Source of the DNA: Candidatus Harrisonbacteria bacterium
GTDB taxonomy: Bacteria; Patescibacteriota; Minisyncoccia; UBA6257; 02-FULL-45-10c
Length of the DNA: 64,000 nt
Assembly: GCA_016214655.1 (NCBI GenBank)
Contig: JACROC010000005.1
Coordinates: forward strand, 131,078-195,077
Direction: 5' to 3'
Positions 54,411 through 62,900 of the stretch are shown here, in pieces. Within the stretch, counting starts at the first letter, position 1, and each line of letters starts with the position of its first letter. A program made the translations under genes and the position numbers. Under the pieces are notes generated by a model. It ran no database searches and was not told the DNA's origin. It saw only the letters and a program-made list of their open reading frames with translations.

Positions 54411-54869
54411 TTATAAAACTCGTCTTTTATTTAAAAATTTCCACCGCGGCCCATTTTTCTGTGGCATATTGTCAAACATAAATGCAATGTGATTAAACCA
54501 ATCATCCAAGAAAGAGCTAGCTTCAATTTTAAAATGGCCGGACTTTGGTTTTCTTATATTTTCTTTTTTACTGCGATGATAGCTTTTATATTTACCGTTA
54601 CCAAGTATAGATTTTTTAATGGCGCTAATGGTAAGAGGAGAAACCCACAATTTTCTGCTAATTTCTTTATAACTGACGTCTTTTCTTATAAGTGAGATAG
54701 TAGCCATGCGCCTTGCCATGGTTTCCCTTTCTTGATCCGTTGTAAATAAATTAAATAATCGTTCAATTTCTTTTGACGATTTCGCCTTAAAAAACTCCTC
54801 TATCAGCTTTTGCCAAATCAAATTTTCTATATCTTTAGCCGTTCTAATTATTCTTCTATCCACCTTCAT
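54411..54869 (-). CDS. TrpR/YerC-like helix-turn-helix protein
   Basis: TTDQERETMARRMATISLIRKDVSYKEISRKLWVSPLTIS. Confidence 0.6.
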   Translation of the reverse strand: MKVDRRIIRTAKDIENLIWQKLIEEFFKAKSSKEIERLFNLFTTDQERETMARRMATISLIRKDVSYKEISRKLWVSPLTISAIKKSILGNGKYKSYHRSKKENIRKPKSGHFKIEASSFLDDWFNHIAFMFDNMPQKNGPRWKFLNKRRVL

Positions 54870-55089
54870 AATATTTTTACTACCCCACTATCTTATAAGA
54901 TAGTATTTATAAAATACAAATAAAATTTATAGTAAAAGTAATTTTTACTCTCGGAGTTGAATCTTATTTGGGATATTTAATCCTCCAGTTTTGCGCACCA
55001 ACTCTTATTTTTTAATCTGAAATCATGACACAAAAGCCGTAGCCGTTGCGTGATGCATAACTTCCTAATCAAGATATCAAATTAATGTA

Positions 55090-55127
55090 AAATAGAAAAC
55101 CCCTGCATACGCAAGCGTATGCAGGGG
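55090..55127 (-). terminator. rho-independent terminator of the GC-rich paralog
   Basis: CCCCTGCATACGC-aa-GCGTATGCAGGGG, followed on the minus strand by a U-rich run. Confidence 0.65.
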
Positions 55128-55157
55128 TCTGTCCTAGGAACCAAAGTCCCAAGGTTC

Positions 55158-55694
55158 CTAAGAGTTGCGGGAGAAGACCTGGAAGCCGTCGTACCACACG
55201 TACGGATTCTCAACCGAGATGGCATCGACGCTCCAGCCAGCGCTGCGCCAGCGGACGCTCACCGCCCAGAGAACTCCTTTGGCATCGCGGACATAGAAGA
55301 TGTTCGCGTAGCCATTGGTAAGGAGTTTTCCGGACTCGCCTTTGGGCTGCTTTTTGAGAAGCTCCCAGATGCTGGCTAGGGTGGTCTCCGCCTTATCTCC
55401 CAGTTCTGCCAGGATCGGCGCCTCCGGAGAGGCCTTCTTGAGCTTACTGATGCGGAGCTCGGTTTCGGCTTGCGGCTCCTCCACTTTAGCGAGGAAGTGC
55501 TGCCGGAAGTTGTCTCCGAGGTAGGCGATCTTTACCTTTTTGTTGGTCGTAGTGAGGTGGTCGCTGGCGACGAACCTGCCAGCAGACATAAGCCTAAACG
55601 CGCTAACGAATTCCAAGAACAGCGAGTCCCAAGTCTTCTCCTTGCGGAGAAACTTCTTGAACTCTCTCAGCCACTGCGCGCCTTCTTCGCTCAC
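55158..55694 (-). CDS. GC-rich paralog of the DGR target protein (no cognate TR)
   Basis: 178-aa ORF with a GTG start. Its C-terminus VSVRWRSAGWSVDAISVENPYVWYDGFQVFSRNS parallels the target's VVVGFFDGDGLFVFRGWDDGRGGSLGLGASRKF. The promoter and leader box are shared with 42925-43001. Confidence 0.55.
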   Translation of the reverse strand: MSEEGAQWLREFKKFLRKEKTWDSLFLEFVSAFRLMSAGRFVASDHLTTTNKKVKIAYLGDNFRQHFLAKVEEPQAETELRISKLKKASPEAPILAELGDKAETTLASIWELLKKQPKGESGKLLTNGYANIFYVRDAKGVLWAVSVRWRSAGWSVDAISVENPYVWYDGFQVFSRNS

Positions 55695-55822
55695 CAGCTT
55701 CGTTAAGAAGTCTGTGAACGGTCAACTACGTCTTGGAGCGTCAACCGAGTGTCTTCCATGACAGTCAGTCTCCTTGCTTCAGTTTTAAGGTACATCAATC
55801 AAGCCTAAGCCTGATCAAAATA

Positions 55823-55852
55823 ATAATAGCACGTTTTTAGCTATTTTGTCAA
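55823..55852 (-). promoter_or_regulatory. promoter of the GC-rich paralog
   Basis: The minus strand reads TTGACA-N18-TATTAT, followed by the shared box GATTGATGTACCTTAAAACTGAA (55778-55800). Confidence 0.5.
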
Positions 55853-56024
55853 ATCTGAAACTAGCCCTAAACCCTACAAACGTACGGCAAAAAATAGAGT
55901 AAGATACCCAAGAAAATTACCATTACTATGAGAAAAAAAGCCTTATCCATTGCGGAGGACGCAGTACGTAGAACGTAGCCCGTAGAATAAATAAACCTAT
56001 GAACTACTGCCTATGACCCGCGGA

Positions 56025-56870
56025 CTAAATAGCTTCCAACTGAAGCCGTTTATTTACATTATAACTCTTTATCAAAAATAATCTATGCAGAACCGACTTT
56101 AACGCATCTAAATTTTTAACCGGATCCTGGCGCAGTTTTAAGATTAACGATTCAAAAAATTTATCCAATAATTCCGGCTTTTCTTTCTGTTCTTCCACCA
56201 GTTCCTTAATAAGATCAGATTTTGCTTTACCGTTCATTCTTAAAAAATTATTTACATAACCTTCGGCTTGTTTCATAAGATCATCGCTTAATAAGCGCAC
56301 TGCTCTCCCTGGCCTCCCCAGAGATAATTTCACAATTTTTTGGTCATCCGATGACCCAAAATTATCACTCTCAATATTAAGGTCATCCGATGACCTTATA
56401 TTTAGACATTTATATATCTCTTCATCGCTAAGGCGCCCAAAATAGATCTTCTGCATACGAGACAATAATGGCAGTAATAAATTATCCAATTGATTTACTA
56501 TTAAAATAATCAGAGAATGCTCCGGCGGCTCTTCGGTAATTTTCAAAATAGCATTCTGCGCCTGCGGAGTCAGATTTTCCGCGTCATTGATTACCACTAA
56601 ACGCTTTGAAGAAATATTTGGTTTCTGCCATAAAAAATTTTTAATCTCCCGCATGGCATCTATCCCACTTGAATCCGCCAAAATTAAAGCGTCGCTTAAC
56701 GGTCTAGCCGACAAATTTAATTCCCCGCTTTCCAATAAATTAGCCAAATGTTTTGCAAAATAGAACTTCCCCACCTCCGGCTCGCCAAAAAAAATATAGC
56801 CATGAGCTAACTTTCCGGATTTAACCAGCGTCTTAAAATCTTTAACTAAGTGTTCGTGGCCAACAAACAT
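56025..56870 (-). CDS. holB: DNA polymerase III delta-prime subunit
   Basis: LAHGYIFFGEPEVGKFYFAKHLA (degenerate P-loop) and LKITEEPPEHSLIILI (sensor region). Confidence 0.75.
   Translation of the reverse strand: MFVGHEHLVKDFKTLVKSGKLAHGYIFFGEPEVGKFYFAKHLANLLESGELNLSARPLSDALILADSSGIDAMREIKNFLWQKPNISSKRLVVINDAENLTPQAQNAILKITEEPPEHSLIILIVNQLDNLLLPLLSRMQKIYFGRLSDEEIYKCLNIRSSDDLNIESDNFGSSDDQKIVKLSLGRPGRAVRLLSDDLMKQAEGYVNNFLRMNGKAKSDLIKELVEEQKEKPELLDKFFESLILKLRQDPVKNLDALKSVLHRLFLIKSYNVNKRLQLEAI
56342..56395. repeat. two copies of the 15-nt palindrome GGTCATCCGATGACC inside holB
   Basis: The copies are at 56342-56356 and 56381-56395. Each encodes SSDD in RSSDDLNIESDNFGSSDDQK. Confidence 0.85.
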
Positions 56871-57880
56871 TATCGTTTATTAAGCAAAGTCCTTTTATAT
56901 ACATCTAAATGATTCAAGATAATGCCGGCGCCTTTGGCTACGCAGAAGATCGGTTCTTCGGCTATATAAGTTTCTACGCCGGTCATGCGCTTAAAAAATT
57001 CATCAATATAGCGGAGCTGAGCGCCGCCGCCGGATACGATAATCCCCTTTTCCATAATATCCGCCACCAATTCCGGAGGAGTTTCGTTAAACACATTTTT
57101 AACCGATCCGGCAATATCAATAAGATGCTGATTCAAGGCATCGGCGACCTCGTTGGAATTGACAATAATATCCTTCGGCAATCCGGAAACCATGTCCCGG
57201 CCCCGTATCTGCAATTCCAGCTTGTCTTTAGAGGGAAGCGCGGCGCCAACTTCAATTTTAATCAGCTCGGCAGTTTGTTCACCTATGTGAAGCGCGTATT
57301 TCTTTTTAATATAATCTGTAATAGCTTGGTCAAATTTATTACCGGCCACCCGCAAACTGGACCAAGATACAATACCACCAAGAGAAATAACCGCAACTTC
57401 CGATGTGCCCCCGCCGATGTTAATAATCATATTTCCGGAAGAATTATTAATAGGAATACCAGCTCCAAGCGCAGCCAGCAGCGGTTCTTTAACGATATAA
57501 GCCTCTTTAGCGCCTGCTTCTTTAGCGGCATTCATAATTGCCCGCCGTTCAGTCGGCGTAATGCCCGCCGGAGCGGAAATAACCACATCCGGCCTGACTA
57601 AATTAAATCGCCCGGTGGCTTTAGCAATGAAATATTTAAGCATTGCTTTGGTAATGTAATAATCAGCAATCACGCCGTCCTTAAGCGGCCGATAAGCGGC
57701 AATGTCGCCTGGAGTTTTACCAACCATATCTTTGGCTTCTCGGCCGACAGCTAAAACACCGTTATCAGGCAAACTAAGCGCAACAATAGTCGGCTCATTG
57801 ATAATAAATCCTTTCCCCGGAACAAATACGATTGTATTTGCCGTACCAAGGTCTATGCCTATTTTTCTAGTAAACATCAA
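56870..57880 (-). CDS. mreB: second MreB paralog
   Basis: IGIDLGTANT, NIGGGTSE and SGGGAQL motifs. Confidence 0.9.
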   Translation of the reverse strand: MMFTRKIGIDLGTANTIVFVPGKGFIINEPTIVALSLPDNGVLAVGREAKDMVGKTPGDIAAYRPLKDGVIADYYITKAMLKYFIAKATGRFNLVRPDVVISAPAGITPTERRAIMNAAKEAGAKEAYIVKEPLLAALGAGIPINNSSGNMIINIGGGTSEVAVISLGGIVSWSSLRVAGNKFDQAITDYIKKKYALHIGEQTAELIKIEVGAALPSKDKLELQIRGRDMVSGLPKDIIVNSNEVADALNQHLIDIAGSVKNVFNETPPELVADIMEKGIIVSGGGAQLRYIDEFFKRMTGVETYIAEEPIFCVAKGAGIILNHLDVYKRTLLNKR

Positions 57881-57883
57881 TTT

Positions 57884-57951
57884 AGTGGACTAGCCACTAG
57901 CGATTAGCCACTAGTATTTTTCTAGTCGCTAATCACTAAACACTAGTCGCT
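57884..57951. repeat. long imperfect intercistronic hairpin built from CTAG-containing short repeats
   Basis: AGTGGACTAGCCACTAGCGATTAGCCACTAG-tattttt-CTAGTCGCTAATCACTAAACACTAGTCGCT. The right arm overlaps the murA stop. Confidence 0.6.
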
Positions 57952-59202
57952 TCTTATAATGTCCGCTCCTAACTCTCTTAATCGTTCATCAAATTTTTCA
58001 TACCCCCTGTCGATCTGTTCAATGCTGCCAATCGCGCTCTGTCCTTTGGCAACTAAAGCGGCTATTACCAAAGTAGCGCCTGCCCTTAGATCTAAACTTT
58101 GAATTTCCGCGCCATGAAGCACTGTCGGGCCGTTAATTATCGCGCGATGCGGATCTAAAATTACCGCGTCTGCTCCCATTTTTCGGAGCTCATCAATGTA
58201 TTTTAATCTACCCTCATACATTATGTCAAAAATTAATGATGATCCCTTAGCCTGAGTAGCTAAAACCCCAAAAGGCGCTTGCAAATCCGTCGGCAAACCA
58301 GGATAAGGCAAGGTCTGAATTTTAGCCGCATGCAATCCAGATCTCATGCCATCAATCCCCAATACACTGCCCCTCAAATTAAAAACAACCCCGAATTCTT
58401 TGAGTTTGCGCAACGGCAATTCCAGATGACTTTCCTCAACGCCAACAATATTAATATTACTTCTGGTTGCCGAAGCCAGAACCGCAAGCGTCCCAGCTTC
58501 AATGGGATCATTAATAATGGTGTGTTCTATTGCGCCGCTTAATCCCTTACCGCTGTTAACTTTAAAAGTGTGGCTTTTGTCGCCGGCAACCGTAACTCCT
58601 AATTTAGCCAAAAAATCAATCAAATCCAGAACATGGGGCTCAATTGCCGCCAAAGCAATAGCGAAGGGGTGCGCTTTTGCCAGCATTAATAAATTTTCCG
58701 TAGCCGTAACGCTAAACTCTTTTAAACAAACCCGGTCATTTTTAAAATTTTTCAAAAAGATAGTATGTATTCCGGATCCATCATCAAATTCCACTATCGC
58801 ACCCAAATCCCGGAAAGCTTCCAAGTGTGTATCTATAGGACGACTCCCAATCTTACATCCTCCAGGAGTTACAAAACTCACCTTTCCAAACCTGGCTAAC
58901 AATGGACCCACTAATAAAATGGATGACCTTATTTGGCACATTAGGTTTTGATCCAGTTTTTCGGGATTAATATCGCTATTATCGATTTCTATACTGTGTC
59001 CCGAAAGCCATTTTTGTCTTGAACCGATGCTCTTTAATATTTCCAGAATAACCAGGACGTCACCTATCCGTGGAATATTGTGAAGGATGCAAGTTTGATC
59101 AGTTAATAAAGTAGCGGCGATAATCGGGGTAGCGGAATTCTTACAGCCGCCGACCCGAATATCCCCATCCAAAGCTTTCCCGCCATTGATAATAAACTTC
59201 AT
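57943..59202 (-). CDS. murA: UDP-N-acetylglucosamine 1-carboxyvinyltransferase
   Basis: GGCKNSATPIIAA and GGCKIGSRPID (active-site Cys loop). Confidence 0.9.
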   Translation of the reverse strand: MKFIINGGKALDGDIRVGGCKNSATPIIAATLLTDQTCILHNIPRIGDVLVILEILKSIGSRQKWLSGHSIEIDNSDINPEKLDQNLMCQIRSSILLVGPLLARFGKVSFVTPGGCKIGSRPIDTHLEAFRDLGAIVEFDDGSGIHTIFLKNFKNDRVCLKEFSVTATENLLMLAKAHPFAIALAAIEPHVLDLIDFLAKLGVTVAGDKSHTFKVNSGKGLSGAIEHTIINDPIEAGTLAVLASATRSNINIVGVEESHLELPLRKLKEFGVVFNLRGSVLGIDGMRSGLHAAKIQTLPYPGLPTDLQAPFGVLATQAKGSSLIFDIMYEGRLKYIDELRKMGADAVILDPHRAIINGPTVLHGAEIQSLDLRAGATLVIAALVAKGQSAIGSIEQIDRGYEKFDERLRELGADIIRSD

Positions 59203-59243
59203 GGAAACTAAGATGATGCTAAGTTATAATTCAATTATATATC

Positions 59244-60578
59244 ATGACCCTTCGAACTAGAAGAATCTTATTCTACGGATTAACGCTGGTTTTCATATTT
59301 ATCGGTACAATCGTTATTTTCTACTCCAGCGGCTGGAGGTTTGATCTGGAAACCATGCAAATCAATAAATTGGGGGCACTATTTTTTGAAACCATAACCC
59401 CCACCGACGCAACTATCACTATCGACAAAAACAAATTCGAATTCCACCAAGGGTTTCTGCAATCCGGAATTTTAATCGCCAATCTCTTTCCCAAAACCTA
59501 CACAGTCAGAATCACCAAGGAAGGCTATCAAAATTGGATCAAAGAGCTGGAAGTTTTTCCTTCATTAGTGACCACGGCCCCGCCAATCGTCCTTCTTCCG
59601 GAAAAACCGGATTTAAATAAACCGCTGGTGAACAAAATCGCTGATTTTTGGGTTACTCCTGAACATTTAATTACTCTTGCCAGTGACGGAACACTTGAAT
59701 TCGGAGGGCAAAAAATTATCGGCAACCAAATTTATAAATGGTCAAAAACCGAAAATTTAATTATCACCACCCAAAAAAAAGGTTCTTATTTTCTAATAGA
59801 TCTAGACCATCCAAGCAGCGCCACCAATCTCAGTTTAATATTCGCTAATCTTAAACCGGCAAAAATGCGGCGCGCGCAAATTCAAAGCATTGATTTTCAT
59901 CCGCTTAACGAAAATCAATTTATAATTTCTACCACCGAAGGACTTTTTATTTTAAATATTGACAAATTAGCCCTTGCATCTATTCACGAAAATCCGGTCA
60001 GCTCTTTAGATATAAATAATGCCGAGATTATTTTTACCGACAAAAATAAAATCTTTTTATACAATCTAACCATAGACACCAAAGAATTCCTGACTGATAA
60101 AGAATTTCAGGACATAAGAGACATTCAAATCTCTCCCTCGAAATATTTGGTGTCCTTACTGGAAAAGAACGGCCAGCTTTATATTTTCGACCGTAAATCT
60201 CTGAATTTAACAGAAATCGCGGAAAATATTTCTAAAGCGATCTTTGCTCCGGACAGTAAAAAAATCGCGGCGATCGGTAATAATAAAGAATTATCCATTT
60301 ATTATCTTGCGGACCCAAATCAAGAAAGTGAAAAAAATGAAAAACCGGCTCATTTCAACATCGGCTCCATCCAGGAAGAAGCCCTGAGCTGGCATAAAAA
60401 TTCTAATTATCTTTTTATTAAATATCCGTCCAATCTTTATCTCCTAGAGGCTAATAACTTATTGCCGATAAATTTTCAAATGATTGACCTGGAAAATAAG
60501 AAATATCAGTATGGCGCCGGAGAAAATTCCGTCTACCTATTAAAAAATGGCAGTTTATACAAACTGCCGTTAAATTGA
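59244..60578 (+). CDS. membrane-anchored PEGA-domain plus beta-propeller-like protein
   Basis: N-terminal TM helix and a PEGA-like segment (LFPKTYTVRITKEGYQNW), then a repetitive beta-rich C-terminus. Confidence 0.45.
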   Translation: MTLRTRRILFYGLTLVFIFIGTIVIFYSSGWRFDLETMQINKLGALFFETITPTDATITIDKNKFEFHQGFLQSGILIANLFPKTYTVRITKEGYQNWIKELEVFPSLVTTAPPIVLLPEKPDLNKPLVNKIADFWVTPEHLITLASDGTLEFGGQKIIGNQIYKWSKTENLIITTQKKGSYFLIDLDHPSSATNLSLIFANLKPAKMRRAQIQSIDFHPLNENQFIISTTEGLFILNIDKLALASIHENPVSSLDINNAEIIFTDKNKIFLYNLTIDTKEFLTDKEFQDIRDIQISPSKYLVSLLEKNGQLYIFDRKSLNLTEIAENISKAIFAPDSKKIAAIGNNKELSIYYLADPNQESEKNEKPAHFNIGSIQEEALSWHKNSNYLFIKYPSNLYLLEANNLLPINFQMIDLENKKYQYGAGENSVYLLKNGSLYKLPLN

Positions 60579-60968
60579 TCGTTGAGAAAAAAGATAAGTG
60601 ACGCCACCCAATATTCCCCCGACTAGATCAAAAAATAAATCAGATAATGTGTCAGTCAGGCTAAGTTCCAAGGTTTGTAAAAAATAATTAGTTGAATATT
60701 CATAAAATTCCCACAGCACTCCGATAAGCATCACAAAAGATACAATAAAAAGAAAGTTGGCATACCTGTTTCCGTTTGGCAGTAAGTTAAAATATTCAGC
60801 GGAAAAATTTAAAAACAGAGATGCAGTCAATAGTCCGCCAAGAAAATGCATAACCATATCCAGCCACCAAATTGCCTCAAGATCCGCAATTGAACTATTA
60901 GAATAGATCTGCCCGGCAATTAATAATAGAGCCGAAGCTAAAATAAATTTTTTATCAGCGAGAAACAT
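60570..60968 (-). CDS. 4-TM membrane protein (VanZ-like?)
   Basis: 132 aa and hydrophobic. The family call is weak. Confidence 0.4.
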   Translation of the reverse strand: MFLADKKFILASALLLIAGQIYSNSSIADLEAIWWLDMVMHFLGGLLTASLFLNFSAEYFNLLPNGNRYANFLFIVSFVMLIGVLWEFYEYSTNYFLQTLELSLTDTLSDLFFDLVGGILGGVTYLFSQRSI

Positions 60969-61418
60969 TTACCTCTTTGCCCATTGCGGAGCTCTTCTGG
61001 CCTTTTTAAGTCCGTACTTCTTACGTTCTACCATCCTGGCATCGCGAGTTAAAAATCCATGCCGCCTTAATCGCTTCCTGAAATCTGCATTAAAAAGCAC
61101 TAAAGCTCTAGAGATACCGTGGCGCACGGCCTCTGCCTGGCTGCTTAGTCCCCCGCCACTTACCTTAACCGTACCGCCAAGTTTATCTATAATATTCATA
61201 GTCTCCAAAGGTTTTAAAACCTCCTTCTGGAGATAGCTATCCTTAAAATATTCTTTATAATCCTTACCATTAATAGTCACGCCTTGATATTTGGTAGATA
61301 ATCTTACCCGCGCTACAGCAGTCTTTCTCCCGCCCCTGGCTTCGAAATACCTGGTCGGCTTAACCTCCGCCGGCCTCGCTGTTATTTTTTTTGTGGTTGT
61401 AGTTGATTTTTTCACCAT
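60969..61418 (-). CDS. rpsI: 30S ribosomal protein S9
   Basis: GGG.SGQA-like VSGGGLSSQAEAVRHGISRAL and a C-terminal KKARRAPQWAKR. Confidence 0.9.
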   Translation of the reverse strand: MVKKSTTTTKKITARPAEVKPTRYFEARGGRKTAVARVRLSTKYQGVTINGKDYKEYFKDSYLQKEVLKPLETMNIIDKLGGTVKVSGGGLSSQAEAVRHGISRALVLFNADFRKRLRRHGFLTRDARMVERKKYGLKKARRAPQWAKR

Positions 61419-61423
61419 ATAAC

Positions 61424-61762
61424 TTATTTTATTGTTAATCTTTTCATCCTTTTCGGCTTTAATGAATTCTTCGGCAGCATATGCCCTACCGCATCCCGCA
61501 AAACTTTGCCGGGATTCTTTTCAAATAATTCTTTAAGAGTCGCAGACTTAAGATGGCCCATATAACCGGTATGCCAATGATATTGCCTCGTTATGGGCTT
61601 ATTTCCGGAAAACGCCAATTCTTTGACATTCTCCACTACGACTTTATCCGCGCCAGCAAGACGAGGTTCGTAGTACGCGCTTTTCTTACCCTGCAAAATA
61701 CAAGCTATCTCTGAAGCCAACCGTCCTAGTCTTTTATTTTTAGCATCTAATCGATATTCCAT
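61424..61762 (-). CDS. rplM: 50S ribosomal protein L13 (short form)
   Basis: LGRLASEIACILQGK, HTGYMGHLK and AVGHMLPKN. Confidence 0.85.
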   Translation of the reverse strand: MEYRLDAKNKRLGRLASEIACILQGKKSAYYEPRLAGADKVVVENVKELAFSGNKPITRQYHWHTGYMGHLKSATLKELFEKNPGKVLRDAVGHMLPKNSLKPKRMKRLTIK

Positions 61763-61786
61763 AAACCAGATAAGTCCGATAGGACC

Positions 61787-62122
61787 TTATTGAACAAACT
61801 CAATTACTGCTTGTTGCGCCGCATCTCGTTTACGGCGAAGCGCTGTTTTTAAAATCCGCAAATATCCACCGGCGCGATTCTGATATTTCGGAGCGATATC
61901 ATAATAAAGTTTGGTAGCCGATTTTTTAGGAAGCTTGGACAACAAACGCCGCAGACTGGCTAAATTCTGCTCTTTAGCAATAGTTACCAGCTTTTCCACT
62001 AATGGCCTAACCTCTTTAGCGCGAGCCTCGGTTGTCTGCATTTTTTCTTTCATTATTAAATTATGTACAAGGGTTTGAACAAATAATTTTCTTCGCCCCC
62101 GAATTCTGTGGAATTTTCTCAT
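61787..62122 (-). CDS. rplQ: 50S ribosomal protein L17
   Basis: TTEARAKEVRPLVEKLVT.AK and GGYLRILK. Confidence 0.85.
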   Translation of the reverse strand: MRKFHRIRGRRKLFVQTLVHNLIMKEKMQTTEARAKEVRPLVEKLVTIAKEQNLASLRRLLSKLPKKSATKLYYDIAPKYQNRAGGYLRILKTALRRKRDAAQQAVIEFVQ

Positions 62123-62896
62123 CTATTTTTTCTTTTTTGAAGTCTTCTTTTTCGCGATTTTCTTTTCTTTTTCTGCTTCAACTGGTTTCACTTCTAATTC
62201 CTTGACTTCGATATTGGAAATTTTTTCAAAATGATCCTTCAGGATATTACTGGCTTTATGCAGGGCCGCCGAAGGAGTGATACTGCCATCCGTGGTAATG
62301 GAAACAATCAAACGATTATAATCGGTCCGGTCTCCAACGCGCATGTTTCCTACCGAAAAATTAGCCTTTACTACCGGAGAAAAAGAGGCGTCCAAAGCGA
62401 TTGCGCCAATTGGCAACTTTTCAGATTTAGCCGATTCAACTGGAACAAAACCCAATCCCCGTTCAACTCGTAATTCCATTTCCAATTCAGATGACTTACT
62501 GGTTAAAGTAGCAACTTTGACATCCGGAGTGATCAAGTCTACTTCAGAATTTAATTCGATATCAGAAGCCGTAACAGCTTTCCCGCCTTTTACTTTAAGA
62601 GTCAAAGTCTGCGGCTCGTCAGTATGCAGGCGGAAACGGATCTTTTTCAAATTCAATCCCATTTCTACCATGTCCTCCATAACGCCACTCAAACTGGAAA
62701 ATTGATGCTGTACATTTTTAACTTTAAATTGAGTTATGGCTGCGCCGGGCAAAGACGAAAAAAGAACCCGCCTCAGAGCGTTTCCGACAGTCAAACCATA
62801 ACCAGTATAGAGACCCTCAATTTCAAAAACTCCCTCGGTATCCGTCTCCGAAACCTTTTTAATAGTTACCGACTCACTTAAATAAGCAAATTGCAT
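62123..62896 (-). CDS. rpoA: RNA polymerase alpha subunit; N-terminal domain only, followed by a Lys-rich tail
   Basis: GYGLTVGNALRRVLFSSLPGAAIT and the rest of the alpha-NTD. The protein ends after ~235 aa of NTD with EKEKKIAKKKTSKKKK. Confidence 0.9.
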   Translation of the reverse strand: MQFAYLSESVTIKKVSETDTEGVFEIEGLYTGYGLTVGNALRRVLFSSLPGAAITQFKVKNVQHQFSSLSGVMEDMVEMGLNLKKIRFRLHTDEPQTLTLKVKGGKAVTASDIELNSEVDLITPDVKVATLTSKSSELEMELRVERGLGFVPVESAKSEKLPIGAIALDASFSPVVKANFSVGNMRVGDRTDYNRLIVSITTDGSITPSAALHKASNILKDHFEKISNIEVKELEVKPVEAEKEKKIAKKKTSKKKK

Positions 62897-62900
62897 TTTA

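Noticed and set aside
55703-55759. 18-codon ORF (MEDTRLTLQDVVDRSQTS) at the position equivalent to the DGR target's start codon
   Set aside because: I did not annotate it as a gene. It is more likely either the remnant N-terminus of a frameshifted paralog or a coupling uORF. It is discussed under the paralog finding instead.
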